The translations under genes and the position numbers were made by a program. Of a stretch of DNA of 64,000 nt, positions 1 through 9,300 are shown piece after piece (the first letter of the stretch is position 1; every line of letters begins with the position of its first letter). The notes under the pieces are model-generated. The model was not told the origin of the DNA. It ran no database searches and was given only the letters and a program-made list of their open reading frames with translations. Location of the stretch: assembly GCA_964463705.1 (NCBI GenBank), contig CAYXCH010000011.1, positions 3,473-67,472 on the forward strand, given 5' to 3'. The stretch comes from an uncultured Pseudobdellovibrionaceae bacterium (GTDB lineage Bacteria; Patescibacteriota; Minisyncoccia; Moranbacterales; GCA-2747515).

Positions 1-698
1 ACGGTGATGCCATCTCGCAGAGCAGCATCAATGATTGTTCGTCGTGTAATGCCTTCCAAAATATCCGATGCTGTATCCGGTGTAATCAGCGTATTGTCAC
101 GAACAAGGAAAATGTTTGCCGCAGTCAGTTCACTGACAAAGCCATCATGATTAAGGAATAATGCATCGTCGCAACCACTGTCCATTGCGTCTTGTTTTGC
201 CAAACAGGAGTTTACATATGCGCCATTGACCTTTGCGCGAGCGGGAATGGCATCATCACGTGTTCGGCGAAAGGTGCTGGTTTTAAGCGATGCGCCATCC
301 ATCGGAAGGATTGCCGTTGCATCATACAAGAAGATGCTCAGTTTTGGGGTAATGCCGGCGGTGCGAACACCGGGAATATCTGCGGTGGCATGAATGGTAA
401 TGCGCGCAAACATGTCACGAGTCGGAGCGACGGCACGAACCAACAGTTGCAGTGCATTGGAAAGATGTTCATCGGAATAATCCGCGTCTCGCATGCCAAT
501 CATGGCAGCACTTTCTCGCAGGCGTCGGAAGTGATCACCAAGGCGAAATCCATAGAGGCCGTTTGGGGTGTGAGAAAGTAACGCAACAGTATATACACTC
601 ATCCCATACAATACCGCGCTGCTGGTGATGGGAAGCGAAGCATCAGCATGATTAACAATATGCCCGTCATAGTATGCGATGGTGCTGATTTGTGCCAT
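1..698 (-). CDS. PLP-dependent class IV aminotransferase (BCAT/D-amino-acid transaminase family), truncated by window edge
   Basis: Not in the ORF track; manual translation from ATG 698 gives MAQISTIAYYDGHIV..LYGMSVYTV..FRLGDHFRRLRESA..PARAKVNGAYVNS (PLP Lys)..ELTAANIF..ILEGITR. Confidence 0.85.
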   Translation of the reverse strand, partial: MAQISTIAYYDGHIVNHADASLPITSSAVLYGMSVYTVALLSHTPNGLYGFRLGDHFRRLRESAAMIGMRDADYSDEHLSNALQLLVRAVAPTRDMFARITIHATADIPGVRTAGITPKLSIFLYDATAILPMDGASLKTSTFRRTRDDAIPARAKVNGAYVNSCLAKQDAMDSGCDDALFLNHDGFVSELTAANIFLVRDNTLITPDTASDILEGITRRTIIDAALRDGIT

Positions 699-757
699 AG
701 TGATCATTCCTTTATACTGAAAGTATAGCGTGTAAGTGCCGTAGGAGCAATGGAGTC

Positions 758-1543
758 ATGAGAATTGGTGTATTTGATAGCGGGTTTGGAGGATTGGCGG
801 TACTGAGGGATCTTGTCCGACAATTTCCATCTCATGACTTTGTTTATCTTGGAGATACGGCGCGTGCCCCATATGGGAATCGGTCCACCGAAGCGGTACA
901 ACATTATACATATCAGGCGATACGATTTTTGCGCTCTCAACAGTGCGAGATGATTGTTATTGCGTGTAATACCGCATCGGCAATTGCTCTTGATGATGCG
1001 CGTCACCATTTTCCGGATACTGTGATTGAGGGAGTATCGGTTCCATTGGCAATGGCGGCAGTACGTTCCGGTGCGCAGCGTGTTGGGGTACTGGCAACAA
1101 CGGCAACCGTTCGCAGCGGTGTATTTCCACGGAATATTGCAAAGGAGCGAGCGTCAATACATGTTGTTCAAAATGCTTGCCCGATGTGGGTTCCTCTGGT
1201 GGAGAATGGAGAGACACAGACAGAGATTGTGCACATATATACCGCACGGTACGTGGCGCCGTTAATTGCGGCCCGTGTTGATACGGTGATTCTGGGGTGT
1301 ACGCACTATGAACTGCTATTTGACAGCATTGCTGCCGCTATGCCGGCGAACGTACACTTCATTCGCACCGGTGCGGTAATGGCAAAGCATTTACAACAGA
1401 TAATAGGTCCGACAACATCGACAACACCACGTACCGCACAGAGGCGATTCTTTACAACAGACTCTGTCAATGATTTTCAGCGTATGGGAAGCCTGTTTTA
1501 TCGCTCTCCCATCGTTCCATCCTATGTTCGTATTGATATATGA
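758..1543 (+). CDS. murI: glutamate racemase
   Basis: IGVFDSGFGG, PYG, ACNTAS and LGCTHY motifs with both catalytic cysteines. Confidence 0.97.
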   Translation: MRIGVFDSGFGGLAVLRDLVRQFPSHDFVYLGDTARAPYGNRSTEAVQHYTYQAIRFLRSQQCEMIVIACNTASAIALDDARHHFPDTVIEGVSVPLAMAAVRSGAQRVGVLATTATVRSGVFPRNIAKERASIHVVQNACPMWVPLVENGETQTEIVHIYTARYVAPLIAARVDTVILGCTHYELLFDSIAAAMPANVHFIRTGAVMAKHLQQIIGPTTSTTPRTAQRRFFTTDSVNDFQRMGSLFYRSPIVPSYVRIDI

Positions 1544-1794
1544 AAACGTGGGCACAACGGGGTATCGTTACAATGGTGCAATGGTATCAGAAAGTGTTAT
1601 CATTTGATCATGGTATTCTTGGGAGAATATTTCCTCATGTTCGCGTGTGTCGGTATCACCCGAGTTGTTCACAGTACATGATTGAGGCGGTAGAGCGATT
1701 CGGTGTGGTGCGTGGTGTATGGATGGGAGTGCGGCGAGTGCTACGGTGTGCGCCGTGGGGATCATCCGGTGATGATCCGGTTCCAAAAGAGTAG
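1540..1794 (+). CDS. yidD: membrane protein insertion efficiency factor
   Basis: CRYHPSCSQY..RCAPW..GDDPVP signature. Confidence 0.93.
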   Translation: MKTWAQRGIVTMVQWYQKVLSFDHGILGRIFPHVRVCRYHPSCSQYMIEAVERFGVVRGVWMGVRRVLRCAPWGSSGDDPVPKE

Positions 1795-1806
1795 GGTCTT
1801 CATATA

Positions 1807-1848
1807 TTGGCACTCAAAATTGACGAGTGCCAGCGAGCGACGTATACT
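1807..1848 (+). promoter_or_regulatory. CIRCE operator overlapping the sigma70-type promoter of hrcA
   Basis: TTGGCACTC-N9-GAGTGCCAG at 1807-1833; -35 TTGACG at 1820-1825, 17-bp spacer, -10 TATACT at 1843-1848. Confidence 0.9.
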
Positions 1849-1872
1849 GAAAACAGAGTAATCGGAAGACCA

Positions 1873-2601
1873 ATGAATGAGCGACAGGTAAAAATTCTTG
1901 CCGCGGTGGTGCGGGAATATACAAAGACCGGATTGCCAATTTCATCGGCGGCGCTATCTCAAGAGTTTGGCGTGTCCAGTGCAACGCTGCGAGCGGACAT
2001 GGCGGAATTGGAGGCGGAGGGCGTGTTGTATCAGCCCCATACATCTGCCGGTCGTATCCCGACAGATGAGGGATTTCGGTATTTTGTGGAGCATATCATG
2101 CCTGAGCGAGAGTTGTCACGTAGTGAACAGCAACAGTTACAGAAGGAATTGCTCAAATTAAAGGCGCAAAATACACGGCTTATGCGGACAACGGCAAAGC
2201 TGCTTTCCACTGTGGGTAATTGTGCGGCGGTGATGGTTAATGCAAAAACCGGTGAGGTTAGTGAGTTTGGATTGCGCAACCTTTTGGCAAATGCAGATAA
2301 AGACAATATTGATGATTTGTGTAAAATCGCTGAAACATTGGACTACATTGATGAGCGGTGCGATACGCTTATGCGAGAACTGCCTGATGGAGAGACACAG
2401 ATTTTTATTGGGGAAGAAAATCCGATTTCGCGGGCGAAGAATTATTCCATGGTGGTAAGCAAGTATGAAAAAAACGGTGAGGAGGGATTGATTGCGCTTA
2501 TCGGTCCGAAGAATATGAAGTATGACAAGAATAAATCACTGATTGATTATGTCAAAAAGTTTTTGGGCGGAGCGGCGGTTATCGTGTTGGTGGTGATGTA
2601 A
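1873..2601 (+). CDS. hrcA: heat-inducible transcription repressor HrcA, short form
   Basis: MNERQVKILAAVVREY..SSATLRADMAELE..QPHTSAGRIPTDEGFRYFV..IGPKNMKY; ATG 1873 preferred because the track's TTG start lies in the operator. Confidence 0.93.
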   Translation: MNERQVKILAAVVREYTKTGLPISSAALSQEFGVSSATLRADMAELEAEGVLYQPHTSAGRIPTDEGFRYFVEHIMPERELSRSEQQQLQKELLKLKAQNTRLMRTTAKLLSTVGNCAAVMVNAKTGEVSEFGLRNLLANADKDNIDDLCKIAETLDYIDERCDTLMRELPDGETQIFIGEENPISRAKNYSMVVSKYEKNGEEGLIALIGPKNMKYDKNKSLIDYVKKFLGGAAVIVLVVM

Positions 2602-2618
2602 TGATTAACAGTAAACAT

Positions 2619-3560
2619 ATGGCGACACAAAAGAACACGAGTGAAGATACGACACGACGGAAAACGACGGAAAATAAACACCCGGTGCAATACGATAAGC
2701 AGATTGAAGTATGTGCCGGTGCGACGATCTTGGATGAAGAGGGTCGTATCTTGTTGGCGAAAAGTCAAAAATGGAAGGATAAATACACTGTTCCCGGTGG
2801 ACACGTGGAGTATGGGGAGTCATTAGAGACGGCGTTGCGTCGGGAAATCACCGAGGAGATGGGAATTGATGTAGAGGTGGTGGCATGGTTACCGCCGGGA
2901 GAGTTGATCACAAAAGATCGGCATTATGTGTTTGCAGAGGCGGTATGTCGGTATACGGGGCCCAAAGAGGCGATTACTCCCTGTCCCAGAGAGTTTACCG
3001 GAGACATTCAGTGGATGACGGCAGAGGATGCGCTGGCGCAAGAAGAGATGCTTGCCGGAGATATAGCAAGTATGTTGCGTCGGTATGTGCAATGGAAAGA
3101 ATCTGCGGAAGCATTGGACGGATGGCGGCGATGCTTGGCGGACTTTGATAATTATAAGAAGCGTACCGCTGAAAGTGCACGGGAACGTGGAGATCAAGTG
3201 CGTCGGGATGTGATTGCACAGTTATTGCCGGTACTGGATAATTTTCGCGCCTCTCTTGAACATGTCCCCGCAGAGCATGCAGACAGTCCATGGGTAATGG
3301 GATTGAATTACATCAATAAGCAACTGTGTGATATTCTTGCGGAGCAAGGTTTGGAAGAAATGAGTGTCTCGGTGGGTGATGTGTTTGATGTAACAAAACA
3401 TGAGGCGGTGACAGATAATACAAATGACGCGGAGGAGACGAGTGATGCGGCAAAGGAAGATAATGAAACACCGACGATTGCCAAAGTTGTTGCCGGTGGA
3501 TACACCATGAATGGTGCGGTCATTCGCCCCGCTCGTGTGGTTGTACGATCCAAAAATTAG
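2619..3560 (+). CDS. grpE: NUDIX hydrolase-GrpE nucleotide exchange factor fusion
   Basis: Intact Nudix box GGHVEYGESLETALRREITEEMGI in the N-half; GrpE motifs RCLADFDNYKKR, LLPVLDNF, FDVTKHEAV, GYTMNGAVIRPARVVV in the C-half; start may be 2601 or 2619. Confidence 0.92.
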   Translation: MATQKNTSEDTTRRKTTENKHPVQYDKQIEVCAGATILDEEGRILLAKSQKWKDKYTVPGGHVEYGESLETALRREITEEMGIDVEVVAWLPPGELITKDRHYVFAEAVCRYTGPKEAITPCPREFTGDIQWMTAEDALAQEEMLAGDIASMLRRYVQWKESAEALDGWRRCLADFDNYKKRTAESARERGDQVRRDVIAQLLPVLDNFRASLEHVPAEHADSPWVMGLNYINKQLCDILAEQGLEEMSVSVGDVFDVTKHEAVTDNTNDAEETSDAAKEDNETPTIAKVVAGGYTMNGAVIRPARVVVRSKN

Positions 3561-3597
3561 CACTCTCTTGACGAGAGTGCCAGTTTTTTGGTATAGT
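3557..3597 (+). promoter_or_regulatory. CIRCE operator overlapping the dnaK promoter
   Basis: TTAGCACTC-N9-GAGTGCCAG at 3557-3583; TTGACG at 3568-3573, 18-bp spacer, TATAGT at 3592-3597. Confidence 0.92.
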
Positions 3598-3646
3598 GAA
3601 GTCGTATCGGAGCGATACGAATTAAACAAGTATAAATGAAAAACCT

Positions 3647-5554
3647 ATGGCAAAGATTTTGGGTATTGACTTGGGAACAACAAACTCCGCAATGGCGGTG
3701 GTGGAAGGCGGAAAGCCGACGATTGTGGAAAATGCGGAAGGGCAGCGCACAACACCGTCCATGGTTGCGGTCAATAAGAATGGTGAGCGATTGGTCGGGT
3801 TGTTGGCGAAACGTCAAGCGGTAACCAATCCGAAAAACACCCTGTTCAGCGTTAAGCGATTGATTGGTCGAATGTTTGACGATCCGGAAGTGCAGCAGGA
3901 CCTAAAACTGTTTCCGTTTGATGTAAAGAAAGCGGACAATGGCGGAATTCTTGTGGTGATGGGAGACAAGGAATATACACCGCAGGAAATCAGCGCAATG
4001 GTTCTCTCCAAACTGAAAGCGGATGCGGAAGAGAAGTTGGGAACGACGATTTCCGAGGCGGTGATTACCGTACCGGCATATTTTGATGACGCGCAGCGCA
4101 AGGCGACAAAGGAGGCCGGTGAAATTGCGGGTCTGAAAGTGCGGCGCATTATCAATGAGCCGACGGCTGCCGCATTGGCATATGGCTTTGATAAGAAGAA
4201 GGAAGAGAAGATTGTCGTTTATGACCTTGGTGGTGGAACGTTTGATGTGTCGGTATTGGAAGTGGGAGATGATACGGTGGAAGTGAAATCCACACACGGT
4301 GATACGCATTTGGGAGGAGACGATTTTGATCAAGTGCTCATCAACTACATTATTGAAGAGTTCAAGAAGTCCGAGGGCATTGATTTGTCCAAGCAAAATG
4401 ATGCATTGCAGCGCATTAAAGAAGCGGCGGAAAAAGCGAAGATTGAGCTGTCTACCGCACAGGAAACGGAGGTTAATCAGCCGTTTATCACGGCGGATGA
4501 AAACGGGCCGAAGCACTTGGTGATGACAATCACACGAGCGAAATACGAAGAGCTGGTTCATGATCTTATTCAAAAGACATTGGAGCCGGTAGAGGCGGCA
4601 ATTTCGGAAGCGGGATTGACAAAGAGCGATATTAACGAAGTTGTCATGGTGGGAGGAATGACTCGCACCCCGGCGATTATTGCGGCGGTAGAGAAGTACT
4701 TCGGCAAGAAACCGAATGTCAGTGTCAATCCGGATGAGGTGGTTGCATTGGGCGCTGCGATTCAAGGTGGCGTACTGCAAGGTGATGTAAAGGATGTGCT
4801 GTTGTTGGATGTGACACCGCTAACGTTATCCATTGAAACAATGGGGGGTGTGGCAACGCCATTGATTGAAAAGAACACAACAATCCCGGCAAAGAAATCA
4901 CAAATTTTCTCTACGGCGGCGGATAATCAGCCGAGTGTGGAAATTCATGTGGTGCAGGGAGAACGTCAGATGGCGGCGGATAACAAATCATTGGGACGGT
5001 TTGTGTTGGATGGTATTGCGCCGGCACCGCGCGGGGTACCGCAGATTGAGGTGACGTTTGATATTGATGCCAACGGTATCCTCAATGTATCCGCAAAGGA
5101 TAAGGCAACCGGCAAGGAGCAGTCTATCAAGATTGAAGCGTCCAGCGGTTTGACGGAAGAGGAGATTGAGCGCATGAAGAAAGACGCCGAGGCGCATGCC
5201 GAAGAGGACAAGAAGAAGAAAGAGTTGGCGGAGGCACGCAATATGGCGGATACGCTCATTTTCTCCACGGAGAAAGCGCTAAAAGACGCCGGAGATAAGA
5301 TTACGGAAGAGGAGAAAGCGCCGGTAGTGGAGAAGATGAATGCGTTGCGCGGAGTGTTGAAGAACGATGCGGCAACACTGGAGGAGATTAAGACGGCAAC
5401 GGAGGAATTTTCCACGGCGGCACAGGCAATCAGTGAGAAACTTATGAAGGCGGCACAAGATGCCGATGCGGCAAAGAAGGAGGAGAGCGGCACCAATACG
5501 GAGCCAAAGGAGGCGGAAGTGGAAGATGATACAGCCGACACGGATAAGAAATAA
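3647..5554 (+). CDS. dnaK: chaperone DnaK (Hsp70)
   Basis: [23 protein letters not shown] and LGGDDFD motifs; full length. Confidence 0.99.
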   Translation: MAKILGIDLGTTNSAMAVVEGGKPTIVENAEGQRTTPSMVAVNKNGERLVGLLAKRQAVTNPKNTLFSVKRLIGRMFDDPEVQQDLKLFPFDVKKADNGGILVVMGDKEYTPQEISAMVLSKLKADAEEKLGTTISEAVITVPAYFDDAQRKATKEAGEIAGLKVRRIINEPTAAALAYGFDKKKEEKIVVYDLGGGTFDVSVLEVGDDTVEVKSTHGDTHLGGDDFDQVLINYIIEEFKKSEGIDLSKQNDALQRIKEAAEKAKIELSTAQETEVNQPFITADENGPKHLVMTITRAKYEELVHDLIQKTLEPVEAAISEAGLTKSDINEVVMVGGMTRTPAIIAAVEKYFGKKPNVSVNPDEVVALGAAIQGGVLQGDVKDVLLLDVTPLTLSIETMGGVATPLIEKNTTIPAKKSQIFSTAADNQPSVEIHVVQGERQMAADNKSLGRFVLDGIAPAPRGVPQIEVTFDIDANGILNVSAKDKATGKEQSIKIEASSGLTEEEIERMKKDAEAHAEEDKKKKELAEARNMADTLIFSTEKALKDAGDKITEEEKAPVVEKMNALRGVLKNDAATLEEIKTATEEFSTAAQAISEKLMKAAQDADAAKKEESGTNTEPKEAEVEDDTADTDKK

Positions 5555-5567
5555 CGTTGTCCGCTGC

Positions 5568-5599
5568 AAGCGCCGTACCGATAAGGTGCGGCGCTTTGT
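5568..5599 (+). terminator. probable intrinsic terminator after dnaK
   Basis: AAGCGCCGTACC-GATAA-GGTGCGGCGCTT hairpin just after the stop; the U-tract is short. Confidence 0.65.
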
Positions 5600-5613
5600 G
5601 GTATCATGGAATT

Positions 5614-6531
5614 ATGACGTTTACACCAGACAATAAGAATAATACTCCTCCCGGTAAGGAGTGTTCCTCTCATCATCAGGATCCCTGCACCTCTGTGGAT
5701 GCGCGAATGTGTGAGTTGTGTGGAGAATGTACGGGATTAGATTTAAACAAACAAATTTTGCAAGAATTGCATCATCGATCCAAGGCGGTATACTCGACGT
5801 TTTTTGATGATACGAAACATATTCGCTTAATGGAATTGGCCGTGTCCGATCTTATTACATATCGCGACTCCCGTGCGGTGCCGATGTTTTTTCGTACAGT
5901 TTATGATCTTTGTGCAGATTATAGTAATATTCATGTTGATGCTGTCCGACAGCGATTGGACACTGAAACAACGGCACCAATCTTGCGAGAGGGAGCATTT
6001 CTTTTGGAGTGGGTTAATTTACTGACAAAGGAAGCAACAAAGGAAAATGACAGGGAGAAGTTATATTTAATAAAGTATGCATGCATTGCTGGAATGTTTC
6101 GTGGCGGCGCTTTTATTGCCTGGGTAAAGGAAGACGCTCCATCTTCCAATACTGACCACAATCCCGCGATGGAAGTTTTTTCTACGGAGTTCGGCCAGAT
6201 CGCTGTTCATGTTCATAGAAAAAAAGTGCCGCAGATACTGGAATTGCTTGCAAAAGCGATTGGTGTCCAAAAGGTGGAATTAGAACATACAAATCTTTTT
6301 CATAAAAAAAATCGCAGAAGCAGGATTCGTTCAATTGTGAGTGGGGAGCATCCATTTGATCCATCATATGCTACAATGGCACAGAGAACAGATGTTTACG
6401 GCACTTGGGGGTATCGCCGCCACTCATCGTTGCAACACAGTCTTGCACAGTTGGCGCAGGTATATTATGGCAATAAAAGCGATGATGTAACAGAGATGAT
6501 ACAGCGATACACTCAAACGCTATGGGAATAA
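5614..6531 (+). CDS. hypothetical protein
   Basis: AT-richer ORF of ~305 aa filling the gap; ATG 5614 lies after the dnaK hairpin. Confidence 0.7.
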   Translation: MTFTPDNKNNTPPGKECSSHHQDPCTSVDARMCELCGECTGLDLNKQILQELHHRSKAVYSTFFDDTKHIRLMELAVSDLITYRDSRAVPMFFRTVYDLCADYSNIHVDAVRQRLDTETTAPILREGAFLLEWVNLLTKEATKENDREKLYLIKYACIAGMFRGGAFIAWVKEDAPSSNTDHNPAMEVFSTEFGQIAVHVHRKKVPQILELLAKAIGVQKVELEHTNLFHKKNRRSRIRSIVSGEHPFDPSYATMAQRTDVYGTWGYRRHSSLQHSLAQLAQVYYGNKSDDVTEMIQRYTQTLWE

Positions 6532-6551
6532 TTTTTTAACAAGGATGCCAT

Positions 6552-6977
6552 ATGACAACGTCTCCGACAATTCGTGCACAGACATCACTTGCTGTTGTGG
6601 TGGTGCGAGATGCGCAAACGCAACCAATGGTTTCCGCCGCCGCCGATGTGTTTGTTCATGCCGGTGCGCGAAAGGAAGACATCAGCATCATTGATGCACC
6701 GTCGTTATTCCATATACCGCTTGTCGTTAAATCATTGGCGGAGTCCCGAGATTTTGACGGGGTGGTTATCTTGGCACATGCGTTGCGCAGTGATCGTGAT
6801 CGGTATGAGATGGAGGTTCCGGAAGTATATCGTGCGGTAATGGACATTATGACCTCCACCGGCATGCCGCTTGCCGTCGGTATCGCGCTGTGCAAATCCG
6901 CTCGGGCCTGCGCGTCCGTGCACCGAACGGTGGCGCAACGAGCGGCAAAGGAATTAACGATATTGGTGTCCCGATAG
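6552..6977 (+). CDS. divergent lumazine synthase (RibH)-like protein
   Basis: Pattern APSLFHIPLVVKSLAESRDFDGVVILAHALR..TGMPLAVGI follows the RibH fold; active-site residues not conserved. Confidence 0.7.
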   Translation: MTTSPTIRAQTSLAVVVVRDAQTQPMVSAAADVFVHAGARKEDISIIDAPSLFHIPLVVKSLAESRDFDGVVILAHALRSDRDRYEMEVPEVYRAVMDIMTSTGMPLAVGIALCKSARACASVHRTVAQRAAKELTILVSR

Positions 6978-6979
6978 TC

Positions 6980-8119
6980 ATGCATATTGCGGTTCATGCA
7001 GCGGATTTGGATCATGCGCGCACAGATGGGACACGGGTGTATATAAAGGAAGTATTATCTCGTCTCGGTGCGTGTGCACCACAAGAGGATGTAACACTGT
7101 ATCATCGTCATGTGTTTGCGCCGCATCATGCTCCCACGCAGTTTCCACGGTATCGCGAGCGGAGGGTGTCCGCGCCTTTTCTTTGGACACAAACACGATT
7201 TGCAGCGGAATTGTATCGTGCATCTGCCGATGTTGTATGGATGCCGGTTCAGTCGGCGCCGTACTTGGCACCGCCACGTATTCCGATTGTGGTGACAATT
7301 CATGATGTGGCGTTCCGACGATTTCCTCAAATGTTTCCCCGTCAGGATGTATTTTCGCTTAATATTTTAACGTCGTTGGCGCTTCGCCGCGCCCGACACG
7401 TAATCGCTGTTTCGGAGACGACGCGAGAGGATATTCTGCGATACTATCCGTTTGTAGATCCTCAGCGTGTTCATGTAATCCATCATGGATATACACCAAT
7501 GCGGGAAGTGTCGTCCCGGTTGCGTGACCGTGTGTTGTCGCAGTACGGTATTATCGCTACTTCGCCGTATATTTTATATGTTGGAGCGATGCAACCGCGG
7601 AAAAATCTTGCGCGATTGGTGGATGCGTTTACGCGTATTGCTCATCGAATACCGGATGTGCAGTTGGTTCTTGCGGGTGCGGATGGTTGGATGGCACAAG
7701 CTACTCATGATGCCGTGCATCGCAGCGCCGCTCGTCATCGAATTATCCGTACCGGCGCATTACCATTTGCTCATGTTCGCGCACTATATGCCGCTGCGCA
7801 TGCGGTGGCGTTTCCATCGTTATATGAAGGATTTGGCTTGCCGATATTGGAGGCGTTCAGCGCTGATGTTCCGGTACTGGCGGCGCGCAGCGGTGGAATT
7901 GTTGATGTGGTGGCTGCCGACACACCGTCTTGTGCCGCCTTGTTATGTGATCCGTATGATGTGGACGATATGGCCGCCGCTTTGGAGCGAGTTGTAACCG
8001 ATTCGGAGCTAAGAGCCCGGTTGGTGGAACGAGGACGACAACGACTTATGAAGTTTTCGTGGGAAACATGTACAGAGCAAACGCTGCAAGTGTTGCGCAC
8101 AGCGGCACAAGAATGCTGA
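6980..8119 (+). CDS. glycosyltransferase family 4 (GT-B)
   Basis: VVTIHD, YVGAMQPRKN and FPSLYEGFGLPILEA motifs. Confidence 0.93.
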   Translation: MHIAVHAADLDHARTDGTRVYIKEVLSRLGACAPQEDVTLYHRHVFAPHHAPTQFPRYRERRVSAPFLWTQTRFAAELYRASADVVWMPVQSAPYLAPPRIPIVVTIHDVAFRRFPQMFPRQDVFSLNILTSLALRRARHVIAVSETTREDILRYYPFVDPQRVHVIHHGYTPMREVSSRLRDRVLSQYGIIATSPYILYVGAMQPRKNLARLVDAFTRIAHRIPDVQLVLAGADGWMAQATHDAVHRSAARHRIIRTGALPFAHVRALYAAAHAVAFPSLYEGFGLPILEAFSADVPVLAARSGGIVDVVAADTPSCAALLCDPYDVDDMAAALERVVTDSELRARLVERGRQRLMKFSWETCTEQTLQVLRTAAQEC

Positions 8120-8390
8120 GCGCCGCCCATGAATAGCCAAGTAATGATAATATTGTTACTCCGGTGGCAAGTAGTGCGATAAAGAAGAGTGTTCGTCGTT
8201 GGGGACGAACGATACGATGGTCCGGCGGGAAGAGGGTGATGCTGATAATCAGTGCGCCAAATACCGCCGAAAGCGGCATGGTGCGGGTAAGACTGCCGGG
8301 AAGAATCAGTTCACTGACGATGATTATAGCAAGCGATACCATCGCCAGGCGTAAGAAATCATATCGGAGATGTGTCAGAAGAGTATACAT
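8046..8390 (-). CDS. small multi-pass membrane protein
   Basis: 114 aa from MYTLLTHL with about 4 hydrophobic segments; starts 2 nt after the stop of the upstream gene. Confidence 0.6.
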   Translation of the reverse strand: MYTLLTHLRYDFLRLAMVSLAIIIVSELILPGSLTRTMPLSAVFGALIISITLFPPDHRIVRPQRRTLFFIALLATGVTILSLLGYSWAALSILVPLCATLAAFALYMFPTKTS

Positions 8391-8391
8391 A

Positions 8392-9300
8392 TTAGTGGGG
8401 TAATCGTTCAGTAATTTGTGTACGAAAACGAGAAAGTCGTTCTCGGAATGCAGAGAATGTTTTTGCGCGGTGAAGTGTAATGCGAGCATGGTGGAACTGA
8501 TCATGAGGGAATGAGAATGTAAACAGATAATCTGTGCCAATCAGGGAACGTAGAGAGTGTAGCGAACATCGGTAACGATAGGTTGTTGCGGAAAAAGAGG
8601 GGCGGGCGGTACATGGTGCAAGTGTATTGCGAGATGCCGAAGTTATTTCTACTGCGGGGACGGGCGGTTTATCGGTAAGAGGGACAAGCGCTTTTTTATC
8701 AAGTTTGTAATAAACGATTGTATCGGGTGAGTCATGGGCAGCAACATAGGTGCCGTGCGGATGTTGATCGCGGAGAGTAAACAGGGGGCCACGCTCAAAT
8801 TGTGCAATGTCCGCTGCCGCTACATCGGTACGGACCGCCTCAAATGACCATCCTTTGGCGAGGAGTGTTCTCGCACTGACAATGGGGCGTACCATTGTAT
8901 CATCTACTATCCATACGCCATCCCGGTAGGCAAATAGTGATCCTGATGATAGTGAAGAGGTGTTTGATGGGGACGGAGGGGCTGCCATGGATGCAATTGG
9001 CAGTGTTAGAATACCACGATATCCGCGACGAACGGTGGGAGGTTCCGGTTTTGGTGCGTTTGAACGAACGGTTAACGTTACGGTGGCAGTGTCAAATGTT
9101 CCGATTGTGGCGGCGGAAAATGTTAATGGATTGGTTTGATGAATGACCAGGGTATTGGATTGTGCTCGTGGCGTGTCGGCATTAAACACAAAAACGGCGC
9201 GTGGAAACACGGTCTCCGATATGACGTACAGCACACCAATACTATAGGCGGCATACAGTATAATTCGTGCGTATCGTACGGTTCGGGGTGAAGTACTCAT
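8392..9300 (-). CDS. membrane-anchored hypothetical protein
   Basis: N-terminal TM segment followed by a beta-rich region; 4-nt overlap with the upstream gene. Confidence 0.7.
   Translation of the reverse strand: MSTSPRTVRYARIILYAAYSIGVLYVISETVFPRAVFVFNADTPRAQSNTLVIHQTNPLTFSAATIGTFDTATVTLTVRSNAPKPEPPTVRRGYRGILTLPIASMAAPPSPSNTSSLSSGSLFAYRDGVWIVDDTMVRPIVSARTLLAKGWSFEAVRTDVAAADIAQFERGPLFTLRDQHPHGTYVAAHDSPDTIVYYKLDKKALVPLTDKPPVPAVEITSASRNTLAPCTARPSFSATTYRYRCSLHSLRSLIGTDYLFTFSFPHDQFHHARITLHRAKTFSAFRERLSRFRTQITERLPH

Noticed and set aside
192-581. Plus-strand 129-aa ORF
   Set aside because: Shadow of the minus-strand aminotransferase that the track missed
1807-1872. Longer HrcA starting at TTG 1807
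   Set aside because: It overlaps the CIRCE and promoter; HrcA homology begins at ATG 1873
3902-5676. Long antisense ORFs opposite dnaK (and similar ones opposite ntpA, ntpB, rnj, tkt)
   Set aside because: Codon-bias shadows of conserved genes with no recognisable motifs
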